A stretch of 53,503 nt of DNA, filler included, from 4 parts of 4 records of this genome joined end to end with filler, not necessarily neighbours in it; one strand, 5' to 3'. Shown: positions 8,525 through 19,772, counted from the whole stretch's first letter. The notes: generated by a model from the sequence alone, not told the origin. A program made the numbers and translations.

Positions 8525-11500
8525 TCAGGATCAGTTGCTCCATAAATTTTTGATGTAACCTGACTAGTAATGGTTAGTGATGCTTTAGTTACAAGCAGGG
8601 TTTGTTGTACATTTTTGGCTGAATTTGTTTGATTATTACCCGCTTGTGATGCCGTTATTGTTGTACTCCCTGCTTTTAATATAGTAGCTTGATTGCCTGA
8701 TATTGTTACTATATCTGGATCTGTAGCTGTATAAGTTACGGTAAGTCCTTGATCAGTTTTTTCATCTCCTAAGGTAAAAGTAGCATCCCCATATGTTTTT
8801 GTTGGAATGCTTGGAAAAGAAATAGTCTGATTTGTCTTAATGGGTCCCATAAAAGAACTTTCTTTTGAAATTCCCATAATAATTCCATCATTTGGAGAGA
8901 CCTCAAAACTGATATATTTTCCAGTATCTACCGTTTGTAACGTATAGTTGTTGGTAGTAGCTCCAGATATTACAGTTTTTCCATTCCCTAATTTATCCTC
9001 AGACCTATACCAAGTATAGGTAGAACCATTCTCTACATCTCCGTCTGCATCTGTATATGTATAAATTCCTGTTAGCTGTTCTCCAATAGTGGGCATCCCA
9101 CTAATGGCAACATTACTAACTGTTGGGGTCTCATTGGTATTTTTGATACTCGTAGCTGTTGTTAAAGCTCCTATATTTCCTGCTAAATCTTCTAATACTA
9201 CAGAAAGTGTTATAGTTCCATCTGCTAAACTGCTTAAATCGACCCCTGTAATTTGTTCTTTGAGGTTGCTTATAGTTCCTGAACCACTGATAGCTATACC
9301 ACCTTCTGAGCTTGAAAAAGTATAGCTATACTTAGTAGCTATTTCTGCTCCTTCAAAAGTAAAACTAACTACATCTTGATTTGCTCTATTAATTGGATGC
9401 TGATCTATAGCTACAGTATAACCATTAGGCGCCGTTTTATCTAACGTAGAAGCATTATCTGAGACCAAACTTCCAGTGTTTCCACTTTTATCTGTTAAAG
9501 AAACCTTTACCGATAAGATGCCGTCCTGCAAACTACTAACATCTAATTTTATAGTCTCCGTTCCATTCGTTATTGTTTGTGCATTTGTTATGGTTGCAGT
9601 ATTACCATCACCACTACTAGAGACTTCATAATACATTTCTGTATTTTGTTCAGCATTAGAAATAGTGAAGGAAGCTTCCTGAGCTTCTAAATTATTAATC
9701 ATTATATCATCCCAATCAACAAGGTATCCCGTAGGAGGTAATACATCTTTTTCTACTTTGTCTGTTACATTATTTCCTTTATTATTAGCATTATCTGTTA
9801 AGAATGCAGACAAAGTAATAGTGCCATCATTTAAACTACTCAAATCAATTCCAGTAATTTGTTCTGTTGCCGTAATTACTGTACCAGACCCCGTAATATT
9901 AGTCCCTCCTCCTGTACTTGAAAACGTATAGTCATAACTACTACCTATCTCAGCACCTGAAAAAGTGAAGCTAATGGTATTTTGATTTGTGGAGAAAATA
10001 GGGTCTTGATCTATTGAAACACTATATCCACTAGGTTTTATACCGTCAATTTCCAATTCTTTATTAGCTCCCAAAGAGTTGGCTGTTCCTGGAGTTGGTA
10101 AGGTTAAAATTGCATCTAAAGAATTTCCTCCCTTTATAGACCCTGCGTTTAAAGTTAAGGCATTTGTAGATAAATAATCTAAATCATTGCTTGTATCTCC
10201 CTCCTGAATAGTGTAATTAAAAATTAAAGAATTACTACCACTTCCACTTATATAATCAATCAAATGGTTTGTAGCCCCAGATGCTAATGTTAATTGTGGT
10301 GTACCAGTTACAGAAACTTCTTTACTAAAATCTATCTGAATTTCAATAACATCACTTTCCCCATAAAGTCCATTTGGGGTAGAAGATGTTACATTAGTTA
10401 CAGCAGGTGGAATCGCTTCAATAGTAATTGGGATAGTTTTAGTATTGGTTTGTGCTCCTCCTTCTCCAGTATTACCCAGATCGTTTGCCTCAATAGCTAA
10501 GCTAGCCGATCCAGAATAATTTATAGTGGGGGTGAATAATATATCGTCTAAAGCCAAATTTATGTCATTTTGTGAGCCTTCAAAAGTCATTGTCGCATCT
10601 GTAGTACCATCACCAACAGAAAAAACTAGTCCTGTTGTAGAACTAAGCGTTATAGTCCCATTTGTTCCACTAAGACTGACTTGAATAGGAGAAGTGCCAG
10701 CATCTGCATCAGAAATGCTTATACCAGATAACGACTCTGGGGCATTCTCTGTAATTAAAACAGAAGCAGGTGTATTTATCTCAGGTGCTTTGTTTAGGTT
10801 AATTACTTCAAGATTAAAAGAAGGTAAAGAAGATTTTAAATCCCCATCATAAACAGAAATAATTAAACTAGCATATAAACCAATGTTACTTTCCGAGGGA
10901 GTTCCATACAACCTACCTGTTGACCTATCAAAACTTGCCCAAGAAGGCTTATTAATGATACTAAAAGATAATTCATCTCCCTCCACATCTGAAGCAGTTG
11001 GAGTAAAGGAATAAGGTGATTGCTCTATTGCAATTTTATTAGGCGTTCCACCAATAATGGGTGCATCATTTACAGATATTATATCAAAGGTTACAGACGC
11101 TCTATTTGAATTGCTCATACCATTATTGCTGACAAATGAAATGGAACCAGCATTGACTCCATATAAATTTGAAGAAGGTTGGAATTTAGCTAAATCTAGA
11201 GCTGTATTTATGTTTGCTAAAGTTCCAGCCGCCGTAAAGCTATCTGACCCATTTCCATCTCCTCCAAAAGTAATTCCAGAAGTTCCAAGCGTTAATGTCC
11301 CACCAGTAACTGTAAAAGTAACTGTCTGATCTCTCCCATTTGCATCAGAAATTTGAATATTATCCGCTAGTTCTACCTCTGTATCTTCTTGAACTACAGG
11401 CGTTGTTGGAGCAATGGCTACTGACGGCGGTATTTCATCATCAGAAGAGATTATTATATCATCTATCCAAAAATTGTAATTAGCTGGAAAAGAAATACTG

Positions 11501-12096
11501 ACGGAAGTAACCTTCAAATCTTTCGTAATAGTATGGATGGAAGTAGTAGAATATCCTGAACCTAAAGAAGTATTATCATTAAATGTTTCTGTAGTTCCGT
11601 CGGTTTTATAAAAAGTAATTGTATAAAGTGGAGGAAGCGTTACCCCATCAATATCTGCATAGCTATTTATAGCCTCTTCTTTAATCCAAAATCCAAAAAA
11701 ATTAAAAGGGTTTCCATCTACACGTTCTAAAGTAAATGAATCGCCACCAGCAGACGGCTTTTTTAAACATGCGGTCCCACCATTTCCTTCGGAAGTTTTA
11801 TACTCAAAGCTTCCATTTCCTCCTGTTGTAAGTACATAATCAATCCCAGCAATGGTGATGGTTGCTTCGGTATTCCAGGACCAATCGGGAGTAGGAAGAG
11901 GATTTGTAATTGTTGGCGGTATAGAAAAATCATATTTGTTTTGTGCCTCTGTAACACAAATAATTCCCAATAAAAATACAATTGTTAGTAACTTACGATT
12001 GCCCAAAATTGTGGCTATCGAATTAACAAAAATAGACATAGTTAGTAGTTTAAGTTGGTTTATAAAAAGAATCCTCTTTATAAAGAAACCTAACAA
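8525..12096 (-). CDS. Large secreted/surface adhesin-like protein (cadherin/He_PIG-like, Ig-like and MBG-like repeats), 3'-truncated; likely start MSIFV at about 12039
   Basis: Signal peptide ending TEA-Q, VNDAP/NKAP junctions, YSFTPTASDVEGD...KPSWASFD..TG.L.GTP, three related Ig-like repeats, and NQTISF...KTYGDA / KIYGATDP MBG-like starts. Confidence 0.8.
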
Positions 12097-12133
12097 AAAC
12101 TATAAAATAAATAGCTTTGCTTGGTTTCAATCA

Positions 12134-12180
12134 CAAAACTACAATACCATCAAGGAGGGAAAAATAAGTACCCCTACGTA
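12134..12180 (-). promoter_or_regulatory. Bacteroidota -7 promoter element plus candidate NarL/LuxR-type operator for the adhesin gene
   Basis: Minus-strand TAGTTTTG (TAnnTTTG) at 12134-12141 and imperfect palindrome TAAGTA-CCCC-TACGTA at 12165-12180. Confidence 0.45.
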
Positions 12181-12195
12181 GCGATATGACTACAA

Positions 12196-12825
12196 CTATA
12201 TAAAGCTATCTATGTTTTTTTGTACCCATAGTACTAAAGAATGCGAACTACTATTTAAATTTAATTTTTTCACCACATTACTGCGGTGTTTTTCTACAGT
12301 TCGTTTGGAGAGAAATAAACTATCTGCAATCTCTTTAGAAGTCATATTTTTAGCTATTAACCTAAGTATTTTCACTTCTGAAACCGTTAAGTCTTTTATT
12401 GTATGATTTTTAGGATTAAATAAGTCAGTATTTCTTATAGTAGAACTTACATACTGTTCATCTAATAAAAGTGTGTCAATACATGTTAATAGTTCTGACA
12501 AGGCATCGTCTTTTAGAATATAACCATCAATATACTTTCCAATTTGCTTCAGTATATCTTCACTTTTATGTAAAGACAATATAATTATTTTTGTAGCAAA
12601 TTGTTTTCTTTTTGATTCTCTTGCAACTTCAATCCCATTTAAAATTGGCATATCCATATCTAAAATAGCAAAATCTGGTTGTTCTTTACATAGTAGATTA
12701 TAAGCCTCATTCCCATTAGTAGCTACCCCTTTTATAATAAATCCCTTTTTACTCAAAAAGGTTGAGTTCCCTTCTAGTATTAGAGGATGATCATCTGCTA
12801 AAATAAATGATACTGTACTATTCAT
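12196..12825 (-). CDS. NarL/FixJ-family response regulator (REC + LuxR HTH)
   Basis: LADDHPL, ILDMDMP and C-terminal IADSLFLSKRTVEKHRSN...KL. Confidence 0.93.
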   Translation of the reverse strand: MNSTVSFILADDHPLILEGNSTFLSKKGFIIKGVATNGNEAYNLLCKEQPDFAILDMDMPILNGIEVARESKRKQFATKIIILSLHKSEDILKQIGKYIDGYILKDDALSELLTCIDTLLLDEQYVSSTIRNTDLFNPKNHTIKDLTVSEVKILRLIAKNMTSKEIADSLFLSKRTVEKHRSNVVKKLNLNSSSHSLVLWVQKNIDSFI

Positions 12826-14911
12826 GTTTCGGAACCTTTAAATGTACTAAAGTACCGTTGTTTAATGTGCTTGTAATTTCTAATGAGGCATTTATTATTG
12901 CTGATCTCCCTCGCATAGTTTTCATTCCTAGAGAATTACTTAAATTTTTATATTTAGAAACCACAAAGCCTTTCCCGTTATCCTTTACAAAAAAGTTTAT
13001 ATAATTAACATCAGCTTTTATATCTAAAAAACAAGCTTTGGCTTCTGAGTGTTTTATAACATTATTTAGTGCTTCTTGTATAATCCTAAAAATCTGTAAA
13101 TGTTTCTCAATATCTATAGTTGAGACTAAATTTTCTTCTTCATTAATTTCTTCTGAAAAAAAGATAGCTGTATTTTGTTGTAAAACTTTTATGGTGTTTT
13201 TAAGAGATGCTAATAAACCTATTTTTTCAAATTTATATGGGTGAAGGTTTTGAGAAATATCTCTAATCCCTTTAATTGTATTGTCTACTACCGAAACATC
13301 TTCATTTTGATCTTTAAGTAAAAATTTATTTTTAATTACTAAGAGATTTTGGCCAATACTATCATGCAAATTACTCGCTATATCTTTACGTTCTTTTTCT
13401 ATTGAAAAGAAAAGATTTTCATAAAACTCCTTTTGAAGCTTTTGATTTCGTTTTTGAAATGCTCTAGAGCGAAGAAGATAAATTACCAAAAAAATACTAA
13501 TCAAAGAAATACCACCTATAAGTATCCATTGCGATTTAAGCTTGTTTTTAGCTCCTAAAAGAGAAATATATTGCTTTTGTTCTGCAATTTCTAAATCTTT
13601 TTTTTGCAATTCAAATTTATTCTGAACATAAGCAAAACGTTTTCTTGAAGTGCTCTTTTGAATTGAGTCCTTCAAAGTCATATAATTTTTAAAATGCGAT
13701 AATGATTTATTTATATTTCCAATTTCCTCGTAGTTTTGTGCTAATAAAAATTCATAAGCTAATATATTTTCTGGTTCTCTAGCTTGTTTTACCGTTTCAA
13801 ATACATCTAATAAATAGGCTACCGATCTTTTATAATTTCCATGAGCATAAGTATTCTGACCTATGGCTAACGTATAATAAGTGTTTAAAAAAGCATTCCT
13901 CTGTTCATGCTCCATTAATCCTTTCAATTTTTTTAAATGCGCATCAGATTCTTTCAATAAGTTATGCCGTGCAAATATATAGGTAGCACAAGCTCTCATA
14001 AGTATTTCTATTACTTGTTTTGATTCTGATGCCATTTGATCTGCCAATAACAACGCCTGTCTAGTATGGTAAAGTTCTTTATCAATGGCATTTTGAGAAG
14101 TTGCTTCAATGGCGGCAGTAATATGAGCCATAACAACTACTTCAACCTCACTAATTTTATTTTTCCATAAAAAAATAGGGTTACGAGCTTCAGCAGCCTC
14201 ATCAAACAATCCATTATTTCCCAAGAGTCTACTTAAACCGTTTTGAGACCACAAAAAAGAAATTGTATCTTTTTGCTTCAGAAAAATTTCTGAGGCCCTC
14301 TTAAAATAAGTAACACTCTTTATTAAATTATTTACTTTAGAACTATTTTCACCTGCTTTTAAATAGAGGTACGCATATTTTTCAATTACGGAATCTTTTT
14401 TTGGCTCTAAAACCGTTAAGGCTTTGTCTATAATTTGTAGTGAAGTTTCATACTTTTCTAAATAGGTTGCAGCTTCTGCATAGGCTATATAATATTTAGC
14501 CACCTCTTGGATATCGGTAATTTTTGAAATGTTTTGTTCAAATAGCTGTAATGAATCGTAAATAGTTTTATGATTCATCTCATAATAAATATCGTAATTT
14601 GCTAGATAGTTTAAAATTATAATTGCAGATTTCCAATCTTTATTTTTTTTCGAAACTATTAAAAAGTCTCTTAAAGATTTTATAGCAGCTGGACTATTTG
14701 TATACGAATCTGATTTTATTTTAGAAACTACTTGTTCAAGGTTCTCTTGTAAGGTTTGAAAACGATCTTTATCTGTAGCTGTTTGTTGTACCTTCTCTTG
14801 AGCAAAACAAAAAATAGTTGATAGCACTAGAAGAAAACAAAGAGTTCTTTTTAATCTTTGTTTGCATTTATACGTAAAACTAAATAAATATCCTCCGAGG
14901 AGTATAAACAT
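12818..14911 (-). CDS. TPR-containing membrane sensor histidine kinase (HisKA_3 type)
   Basis: TPR-like periplasmic region, one TM helix, H-box ERKDIASNLHDSIGQ, QEALNNVIKHSEA and DNGKGF. Overlaps the response regulator start. Confidence 0.92.
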   Translation of the reverse strand: MFILLGGYLFSFTYKCKQRLKRTLCFLLVLSTIFCFAQEKVQQTATDKDRFQTLQENLEQVVSKIKSDSYTNSPAAIKSLRDFLIVSKKNKDWKSAIIILNYLANYDIYYEMNHKTIYDSLQLFEQNISKITDIQEVAKYYIAYAEAATYLEKYETSLQIIDKALTVLEPKKDSVIEKYAYLYLKAGENSSKVNNLIKSVTYFKRASEIFLKQKDTISFLWSQNGLSRLLGNNGLFDEAAEARNPIFLWKNKISEVEVVVMAHITAAIEATSQNAIDKELYHTRQALLLADQMASESKQVIEILMRACATYIFARHNLLKESDAHLKKLKGLMEHEQRNAFLNTYYTLAIGQNTYAHGNYKRSVAYLLDVFETVKQAREPENILAYEFLLAQNYEEIGNINKSLSHFKNYMTLKDSIQKSTSRKRFAYVQNKFELQKKDLEIAEQKQYISLLGAKNKLKSQWILIGGISLISIFLVIYLLRSRAFQKRNQKLQKEFYENLFFSIEKERKDIASNLHDSIGQNLLVIKNKFLLKDQNEDVSVVDNTIKGIRDISQNLHPYKFEKIGLLASLKNTIKVLQQNTAIFFSEEINEEENLVSTIDIEKHLQIFRIIQEALNNVIKHSEAKACFLDIKADVNYINFFVKDNGKGFVVSKYKNLSNSLGMKTMRGRSAIINASLEITSTLNNGTLVHLKVPKHE

Positions 14912-15202
14912 TCTATTTTTTTTAATTAGTACCTCAAAACCATCCCTAAATGGAATGAAGTAAAATTACTGAACATTTATTATTTATAGTAAAAGTTAAA
15001 CAAAAGTTAAGTGAAAAAATTAAATGGACACTTCTTCAAAAGGTTTTTGTTATGATATACTATACTGAAACCATCGCCTATTTCTGGATATTAATAAATT
15101 TCTCTGATTAGATCCCACATAAATTTTAAGCCCTTTAATTCTGATAGGGCAATTTCATCAGCTGTCATCTTCTTGGTAATTAACTTATACACTTTTAAGC
15201 TA

Positions 15203-15552
15203 CTACTTTCTTAGCGCATTACAAATTGAATTCAAAAAATTAACCTGATTCCCTTTATTGCTTTCATAAATGAAGTTTTTTGAACTTTCGCTCTCATATT
15301 TTGTAAAATCACCTATGATAGTTATAGGCATACGATATTGAGAAAATTTTTGAAGAATGTCTCCCGCCATCTTGTTTTTTAAGTCAAAAAGTCTGGCGTA
15401 ATATTTTTTTGATGAATAATTATTTTATCAAAACCTCGGTAATAAAGATTGCCCAACAAATCCAAAGCACCATCAGTGTTTTGAATTATTACTTCATTGG
15501 AAATAACTTCTGCAATTTTTATTTCATTTAAATTATGTTCTTTAATCTCCAT
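15203..15552 (-). pseudogene. DUF4180-family gene split by a 1-nt frameshift (real lesion or sequencing error)
   Basis: MEIKEH...ITPDF continues in another frame as DLKNKMAGDILQKFSQYRMPITIIGDFTKY...FIYESNKGNQVNF...RK*. One extra T in the T5 run at about 15386-15390 restores the frame. Confidence 0.8.
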
Positions 15553-15604
15553 TTTATTTATTATATAATACACTCCGCTAGCAATGGTTTAAGCAAGTAT
15601 CCCT

Positions 15605-15961
15605 TTAGATTTCATTCAATTTAACCTGTTTTTTAATCAGTTTTTTTATTTCTGACGTTGGTACTTTTTGATCAAACTTAATTTGGATGGTCTTCTTACC
15701 CGTTTTATATCCTTTTTCTTCGAGGACTTTACGGATATCTTCGGTTAATGAATCGATGCCAAAGCTCACGTGTTTTTTAGCCAGTGAGAACCCAGCAAGA
15801 ATTCCATTATACTTATAGATAGGAACATTCCAACTGATTCCGCCTTCTGCATTTGGAACAGTAATTTCTATGAGTTTTTTAAGAGACCTCATTACCTCCT
15901 GCGATTCCTCCAGAGAAGCATTTATAAACTCGTCAACAATTGTTGGTTTAAAGTCTTTCAT
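15605..15961 (-). CDS. DUF1801/YdhG-like protein
   Basis: VDEFI...ISWNVPIY...KKHVSF...GKKTIQI pattern. Confidence 0.75.
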   Translation of the reverse strand: MKDFKPTIVDEFINASLEESQEVMRSLKKLIEITVPNAEGGISWNVPIYKYNGILAGFSLAKKHVSFGIDSLTEDIRKVLEEKGYKTGKKTIQIKFDQKVPTSEIKKLIKKQVKLNEI

Positions 15962-15962
15962 T

Positions 15963-16346
15963 TTAATTCTGAATTAGCTTCCTACTATTTGGTCTAAAAT
16001 ACCAAGAAATAATTGTTAATGCTACTAATAAAATAGGACCGAAAAGGGTGATAATTTCATCTCCAACTATTAAATGTGAAATGGCAGCCCCCGTCATTGC
16101 AAAAAAGAATCCAGCATAAGCCCATTCTTTTAGTAACGGAAGTTTAGGGAGTAAAACTGCTATAGTTCCTAAAATTTTCCAAACACCAAGAATGGTTAGT
16201 AAATAGGTAGGAAAACCTAATGCGTTAATGACTTCAACTTCTTCTTCCAGCTTTATTAACTGTACAATCCCTGTGGATACCATTCCTAAAGCAAGCCAAA
16301 TCGTGGCGATCCAATAGATTATTTTGTTGCGTTTTGTTGCGCCCAT
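15963..16346 (-). CDS. DoxX-like membrane protein
   Basis: IIYWIAT, LGFPTY...LGVWKILG, LKEWAYAGFFF and four TM segments. Confidence 0.85.
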   Translation of the reverse strand: MGATKRNKIIYWIATIWLALGMVSTGIVQLIKLEEEVEVINALGFPTYLLTILGVWKILGTIAVLLPKLPLLKEWAYAGFFFAMTGAAISHLIVGDEIITLFGPILLVALTIISWYFRPNSRKLIQN

Positions 16347-16348
16347 AA

Positions 16349-16819
16349 TTACTTATTTAAATTATTTATAATATCTTCTAATCGCTGATGCGCCATATCA
16401 AGACCAATAGCAAAAGGTTTCTTTAATAACTCGTTTCTAATTTCAACCGATTTAAAAATGATATGCATTGTTAATTTGCTTGTATCATTTGTAATGGTTT
16501 TAAAATTCAAAAATTCGAGTTGTGGGGGAAAAGAAAACACATCCATTTCAAACGTTCTAACAATCATTTCATTGGGTATAAACGTGTGAAATGTACCCTT
16601 ACCGCTAAACATAAGATCTCCTTTAGGACTTCGTGTTTCAAAATGATACTTCCCATATTCCTTAAACTCAAAGTGCACTAACTTGGTTCCCATCCATTTT
16701 TCAAACAATACTTTATCTTTATAAGCTGTAAAAAGAGATTCCACAGGCAAATCAAACTCCCTTGTTATAAGTAATTCCTGTTTCCCCTCTTCCGCTGTAA
16801 TTTTTGTTTTCTGTTCCAT
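16349..16819 (-). CDS. SRPBCC (AHSA1/START-like) domain protein
   Basis: ELLITREFDLP...LF.AY...KWMG, IVRTFE. Located just after an ArsR gene. Confidence 0.85.
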   Translation of the reverse strand: MEQKTKITAEEGKQELLITREFDLPVESLFTAYKDKVLFEKWMGTKLVHFEFKEYGKYHFETRSPKGDLMFSGKGTFHTFIPNEMIVRTFEMDVFSFPPQLEFLNFKTITNDTSKLTMHIIFKSVEIRNELLKKPFAIGLDMAHQRLEDIINNLNK

Positions 16820-16866
16820 TGTTTATTTTGTTTTGATTGATGCTTTTTACTCACTGATTGTTCATT

Positions 16867-17196
16867 TTATTCTTTGCCTTCGTGAATCTTTGATTTCATA
16901 ACAGCTTCCAAGGTATTAAAGCGGTCGTCCCACATTTTCCTAAAAGGCTCAATAAAATCAGCTATTTGTTTCATCCCATCGGGATTTAATTGGTAATAAA
17001 TCTCTCTCCCCTTTTGTTCTTGTTCCAATAATTCACATTCGGTAAGAATTTGAATGTGCTTGGAAATGGTTTGCCTAGAATAGTTAAAGTTTTCTGCAAT
17101 TGCACTTGGTGTCATAGCACTTGCTGCAACCAATGTAACTATTGTTCTCCTTGTTGGGTCGGCTATGGCTTGAAAAACATCCCTTCTTAATTTCAT
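16867..17196 (-). CDS. ArsR/SmtB-family transcriptional regulator (start reassigned to MKLRRD)
   Basis: [32 protein letters not shown]. The track's upstream extension coincides with the operator palindrome. Confidence 0.9.
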   Translation of the reverse strand: MKLRRDVFQAIADPTRRTIVTLVAASAMTPSAIAENFNYSRQTISKHIQILTECELLEQEQKGREIYYQLNPDGMKQIADFIEPFRKMWDDRFNTLEAVMKSKIHEGKE

Positions 17197-17198
17197 AA

Positions 17199-17242
17199 TG
17201 CAGTTATTTGACTGCAAATATAAGTGCAGTTATTTAGTTGCG
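17199..17242. promoter_or_regulatory. Tandem palindromic operators, probably ArsR autoregulation
   Basis: TGCAGT-TATTTG-ACTGCA (17199-17216) and near copy TGCAGT-TATTTA-GTTGCG (17225-17242), immediately upstream of the ArsR start. Confidence 0.7.
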
Positions 17243-17355
17243 CAATATTTTAAAAGGAAAAGTACTTTCTAAATTATGTTTTGAGGTACGAGCGAACGAA
17301 AAGAAACTACGGTAGGCAAATAGATGTACGGTAAATAATAGTCTTTATCATCTTA

Positions 17356-17604
17356 CTAAATTATAAGTTCTATTTTAATATTGTTTAATTTTCCAAAGTT
17401 GAGAACTCCTAATATGTCAATAGAGTTATTACTTTCAATCCTTAATACTTTATCACAATCTTCTAAATCGAAATTGATTTGGTAATCGGAATATAACTGA
17501 TTAAGATCAGACACTATTTGGTTTGCCAATTGTTGATTGTTTACGCTAGTTTTGAAAATCTCAACTATGGCTTGTGGTGTCTTTATAGGTTCATTAACTT
17601 TCAT
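17356..17604 (-). CDS. Small conserved Bacteroidota hypothetical protein
   Basis: 82 aa with FKTSV...INFDLEDCDKVLRIE motif, co-oriented with its neighbours. Confidence 0.65.
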   Translation of the reverse strand: MKVNEPIKTPQAIVEIFKTSVNNQQLANQIVSDLNQLYSDYQINFDLEDCDKVLRIESNNSIDILGVLNFGKLNNIKIELII

Positions 17605-17666
17605 TTTCTTCAGGTCTCATAATTATAAAAGCATCTTGTTTTTATAATGATTACTTTGGAAATGAT

Positions 17667-18044
17667 TTATACTTCCATACAATACGAGGTTATGCTTTTT
17701 ATTTTTTCTCCTTTTGCACTTTGAAAGACATAAAAATCTGAAAACGCATATTTTTTTCCGTTTACCATTGTCATCCATCCATTTGCTGCACCTTCTTTAC
17801 CGTGAGATAAGATTTGGTCTAATTTCAATTCAGATGCTTTTACGGCTTGCATTTCTTCTAATTCTTTTACAAAATTTTCCTTTCCTTCAATTTTTTTATC
17901 CCCAATAACATTCCATACTATGTCATCTGTTACATTTTTAGTTAAAAAGGCAACATTTCCTTCAGCAAAAGCAATATTATATTGTTTTAAAAATTCCATT
18001 TTAGGTGAGTTCCCACAGTTTGGGCTTGATACTATTTTAGTCAT
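17667..18044 (-). CDS. SnoaL/NTF2-like protein
   Basis: CGNSPK, AFAEGN...VTDDIVWNVIGDKKIEGK, HGKEGAANG. Confidence 0.75.
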   Translation of the reverse strand: MTKIVSSPNCGNSPKMEFLKQYNIAFAEGNVAFLTKNVTDDIVWNVIGDKKIEGKENFVKELEEMQAVKASELKLDQILSHGKEGAANGWMTMVNGKKYAFSDFYVFQSAKGEKIKSITSYCMEV

Positions 18045-18061
18045 TTTTATCGCTTTTAACC

Positions 18062-18478
18062 TTACATATTCTCATTATACAATAAGTTAAATTTATGTCC
18101 ATCTGGGTCGGTAAAAACACAAACATAAAAGCCATTATCATCATAAAAAGCTTTTCTGTCTTTATTAGAATCGAATAAAATTTCACCTCCTGCCCTGTAT
18201 ATTTCAGTTACACAATGGTTGTATTCTTCTTTGCTTTCTACAGCCATAGAAAACATTACTTCATTACCTTTTTTTAAATCTGCAGATTTGCTTTCCAGAC
18301 TCGACTCAAACTTTTCTTTTTTGAAAAAGTGAATCACAAAATTATCAAGACCAAAAAAGAAGCTTACCAAATTATTTGATGGGCTTCCATTTAACTGAAA
18401 ACCTAAAGTTTGATAAAACACTTTAGTTTGTTCAATACTTTCTACACCAAGGTTTGCCCAAATTTGTTTTGTTTTCAT
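18062..18478 (-). CDS. VOC/glyoxalase-family protein
   Basis: IWANLGV...FYQTLGF, C-terminal FTDPDGHKFN. Confidence 0.85.
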   Translation of the reverse strand: MKTKQIWANLGVESIEQTKVFYQTLGFQLNGSPSNNLVSFFFGLDNFVIHFFKKEKFESSLESKSADLKKGNEVMFSMAVESKEEYNHCVTEIYRAGGEILFDSNKDRKAFYDDNGFYVCVFTDPDGHKFNLLYNENM

Positions 18479-18562
18479 ATTATCTTATTTGTATAAACCA
18501 TTAGCTACATCCACGTCCTGAATCTGCTAATCTTTTCTCCTCAAGGTGTTTAAGAAAAAAAA

Positions 18563-18961
18563 TTACTCCAAATTCAGTTGCCAAGAAACCCCAAATCTAT
18601 CCTCTACAAAAGCAAATTGTTTACTAAACCCATAGCTATCCAAAGGCATTTTTACATCCCCATTTTCTGATAGTTTTGCATAAAGATGTTCAATTTCCTC
18701 TTTTGTGTTACATTCCACCCAACTTGAAACTGCAGGAGTAAAACTCCATTCGTGTTTAATAAAACTGTCGCTACATATAAACGGCGTTCCATTGAGTTCA
18801 AAAATTGCTTTTACAATTGTTCCTTCCAATCCCGGGCCATCTTTACCGTAACGCTGTACATTAATTACTTTGGAATTATCGAACAGTTCTACATAAAAAT
18901 TCATTGCTTCTTCAGCGTTGTTTCCCTGAAATGTTAGAAAAGTGGTGATTTGCTGTTTCAT
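18563..18961 (-). CDS. VOC-family PhnB-like protein
   Basis: ITTFLTF.G.AEEAMNFY, FTPAVS, MPLDSYGFS..FAFVEDRFGVSWQL. Confidence 0.88.
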   Translation of the reverse strand: MKQQITTFLTFQGNNAEEAMNFYVELFDNSKVINVQRYGKDGPGLEGTIVKAIFELNGTPFICSDSFIKHEWSFTPAVSSWVECNTKEEIEHLYAKLSENGDVKMPLDSYGFSKQFAFVEDRFGVSWQLNLE

Positions 18962-18982
18962 AGGTTTGTTTTAAACATAGGT

Positions 18983-19378
18983 TTAATTTTCGCAATACGT
19001 TTTTAATCGCAACAAAAACATCGCCCAATTATAATTACACCAACCGTAAAATTCGGTGCGTTTTTTCCAATTATAATGTTTTAACCTTAACGTTGTGGTA
19101 TTGTTTTTTTCAGTCAGCTCAAAAGACACTTTGGTTCCAATCCACTCTTTATCAGAAGCCGTACATTCCCACACAATTTTGTTGTTTTCTACAAGCTCAA
19201 TAATTTTAAACTTTGTGATATACCCTTCGTCAAAATCAAATTCATTAATAAAACCAACTTCAGGTTTCACTTTTAGTTTTTTTGTCCACACTTGGCCTAA
19301 TCCTTCTTCTGAAGTTAGTGTTTTATAAACCCTTGCTTTAGGTGCTTTTATGTAATTAATATGTTCTATGCTTTCCAT
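18983..19378 (-). CDS. SRPBCC domain protein
   Basis: YIKAP...VY..LT..EGL...W, EWIGTKVSFEL, W..FL..LK.YCE. Confidence 0.82.
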   Translation of the reverse strand: MESIEHINYIKAPKARVYKTLTSEEGLGQVWTKKLKVKPEVGFINEFDFDEGYITKFKIIELVENNKIVWECTASDKEWIGTKVSFELTEKNNTTTLRLKHYNWKKRTEFYGWCNYNWAMFLLRLKTYCEN

Positions 19379-19388
19379 ATTTATCTAT

Positions 19389-19772
19389 TTAATTCATTGA
19401 ATGAAATCCAATAGAATTTCCTTCGGTATCCTTGATAATGGAAACAAATCCGTGTTCTCCAATGGCCATTTTGGGTTGTATAATTTCAGCTCCATTTTCA
19501 ACAGCTCTATTTTCTAATACTTTACAATCCTCACAACCAAAATAAACGAGACTTCCATTAGTAGAAGGTTTTACTGCTTCCATTTTTACCAAAGCACCAG
19601 CTGCACCATAATGTTCCATATCGTTCGGGAAGCCCTTCATCTGAACAGATGGATTTGTTGGATCGCTCATAGCCTCCATTGAAATTTGAAGTACTTTTTC
19701 GTAAAACTTTGCAGCTCTATCCATATCATTTACGTATATCTCGAACCACACTGAAGGATTAAATTTTTTCAT
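19389..19772 (-). CDS. VOC/glyoxalase-family protein
   Basis: WFEIYVNDMDRA.KFY, LVYF, IGEHG...DTEGNSIG.HS. Confidence 0.88.
   Translation of the reverse strand: MKKFNPSVWFEIYVNDMDRAAKFYEKVLQISMEAMSDPTNPSVQMKGFPNDMEHYGAAGALVKMEAVKPSTNGSLVYFGCEDCKVLENRAVENGAEIIQPKMAIGEHGFVSIIKDTEGNSIGFHSMN

Noticed and set aside
15091-15185. Short minus-strand frame (..MTADEIALSELKGLKFMWDLIREIY*)
   Set aside because: Could be a gene remnant but is too short to assign without a search.
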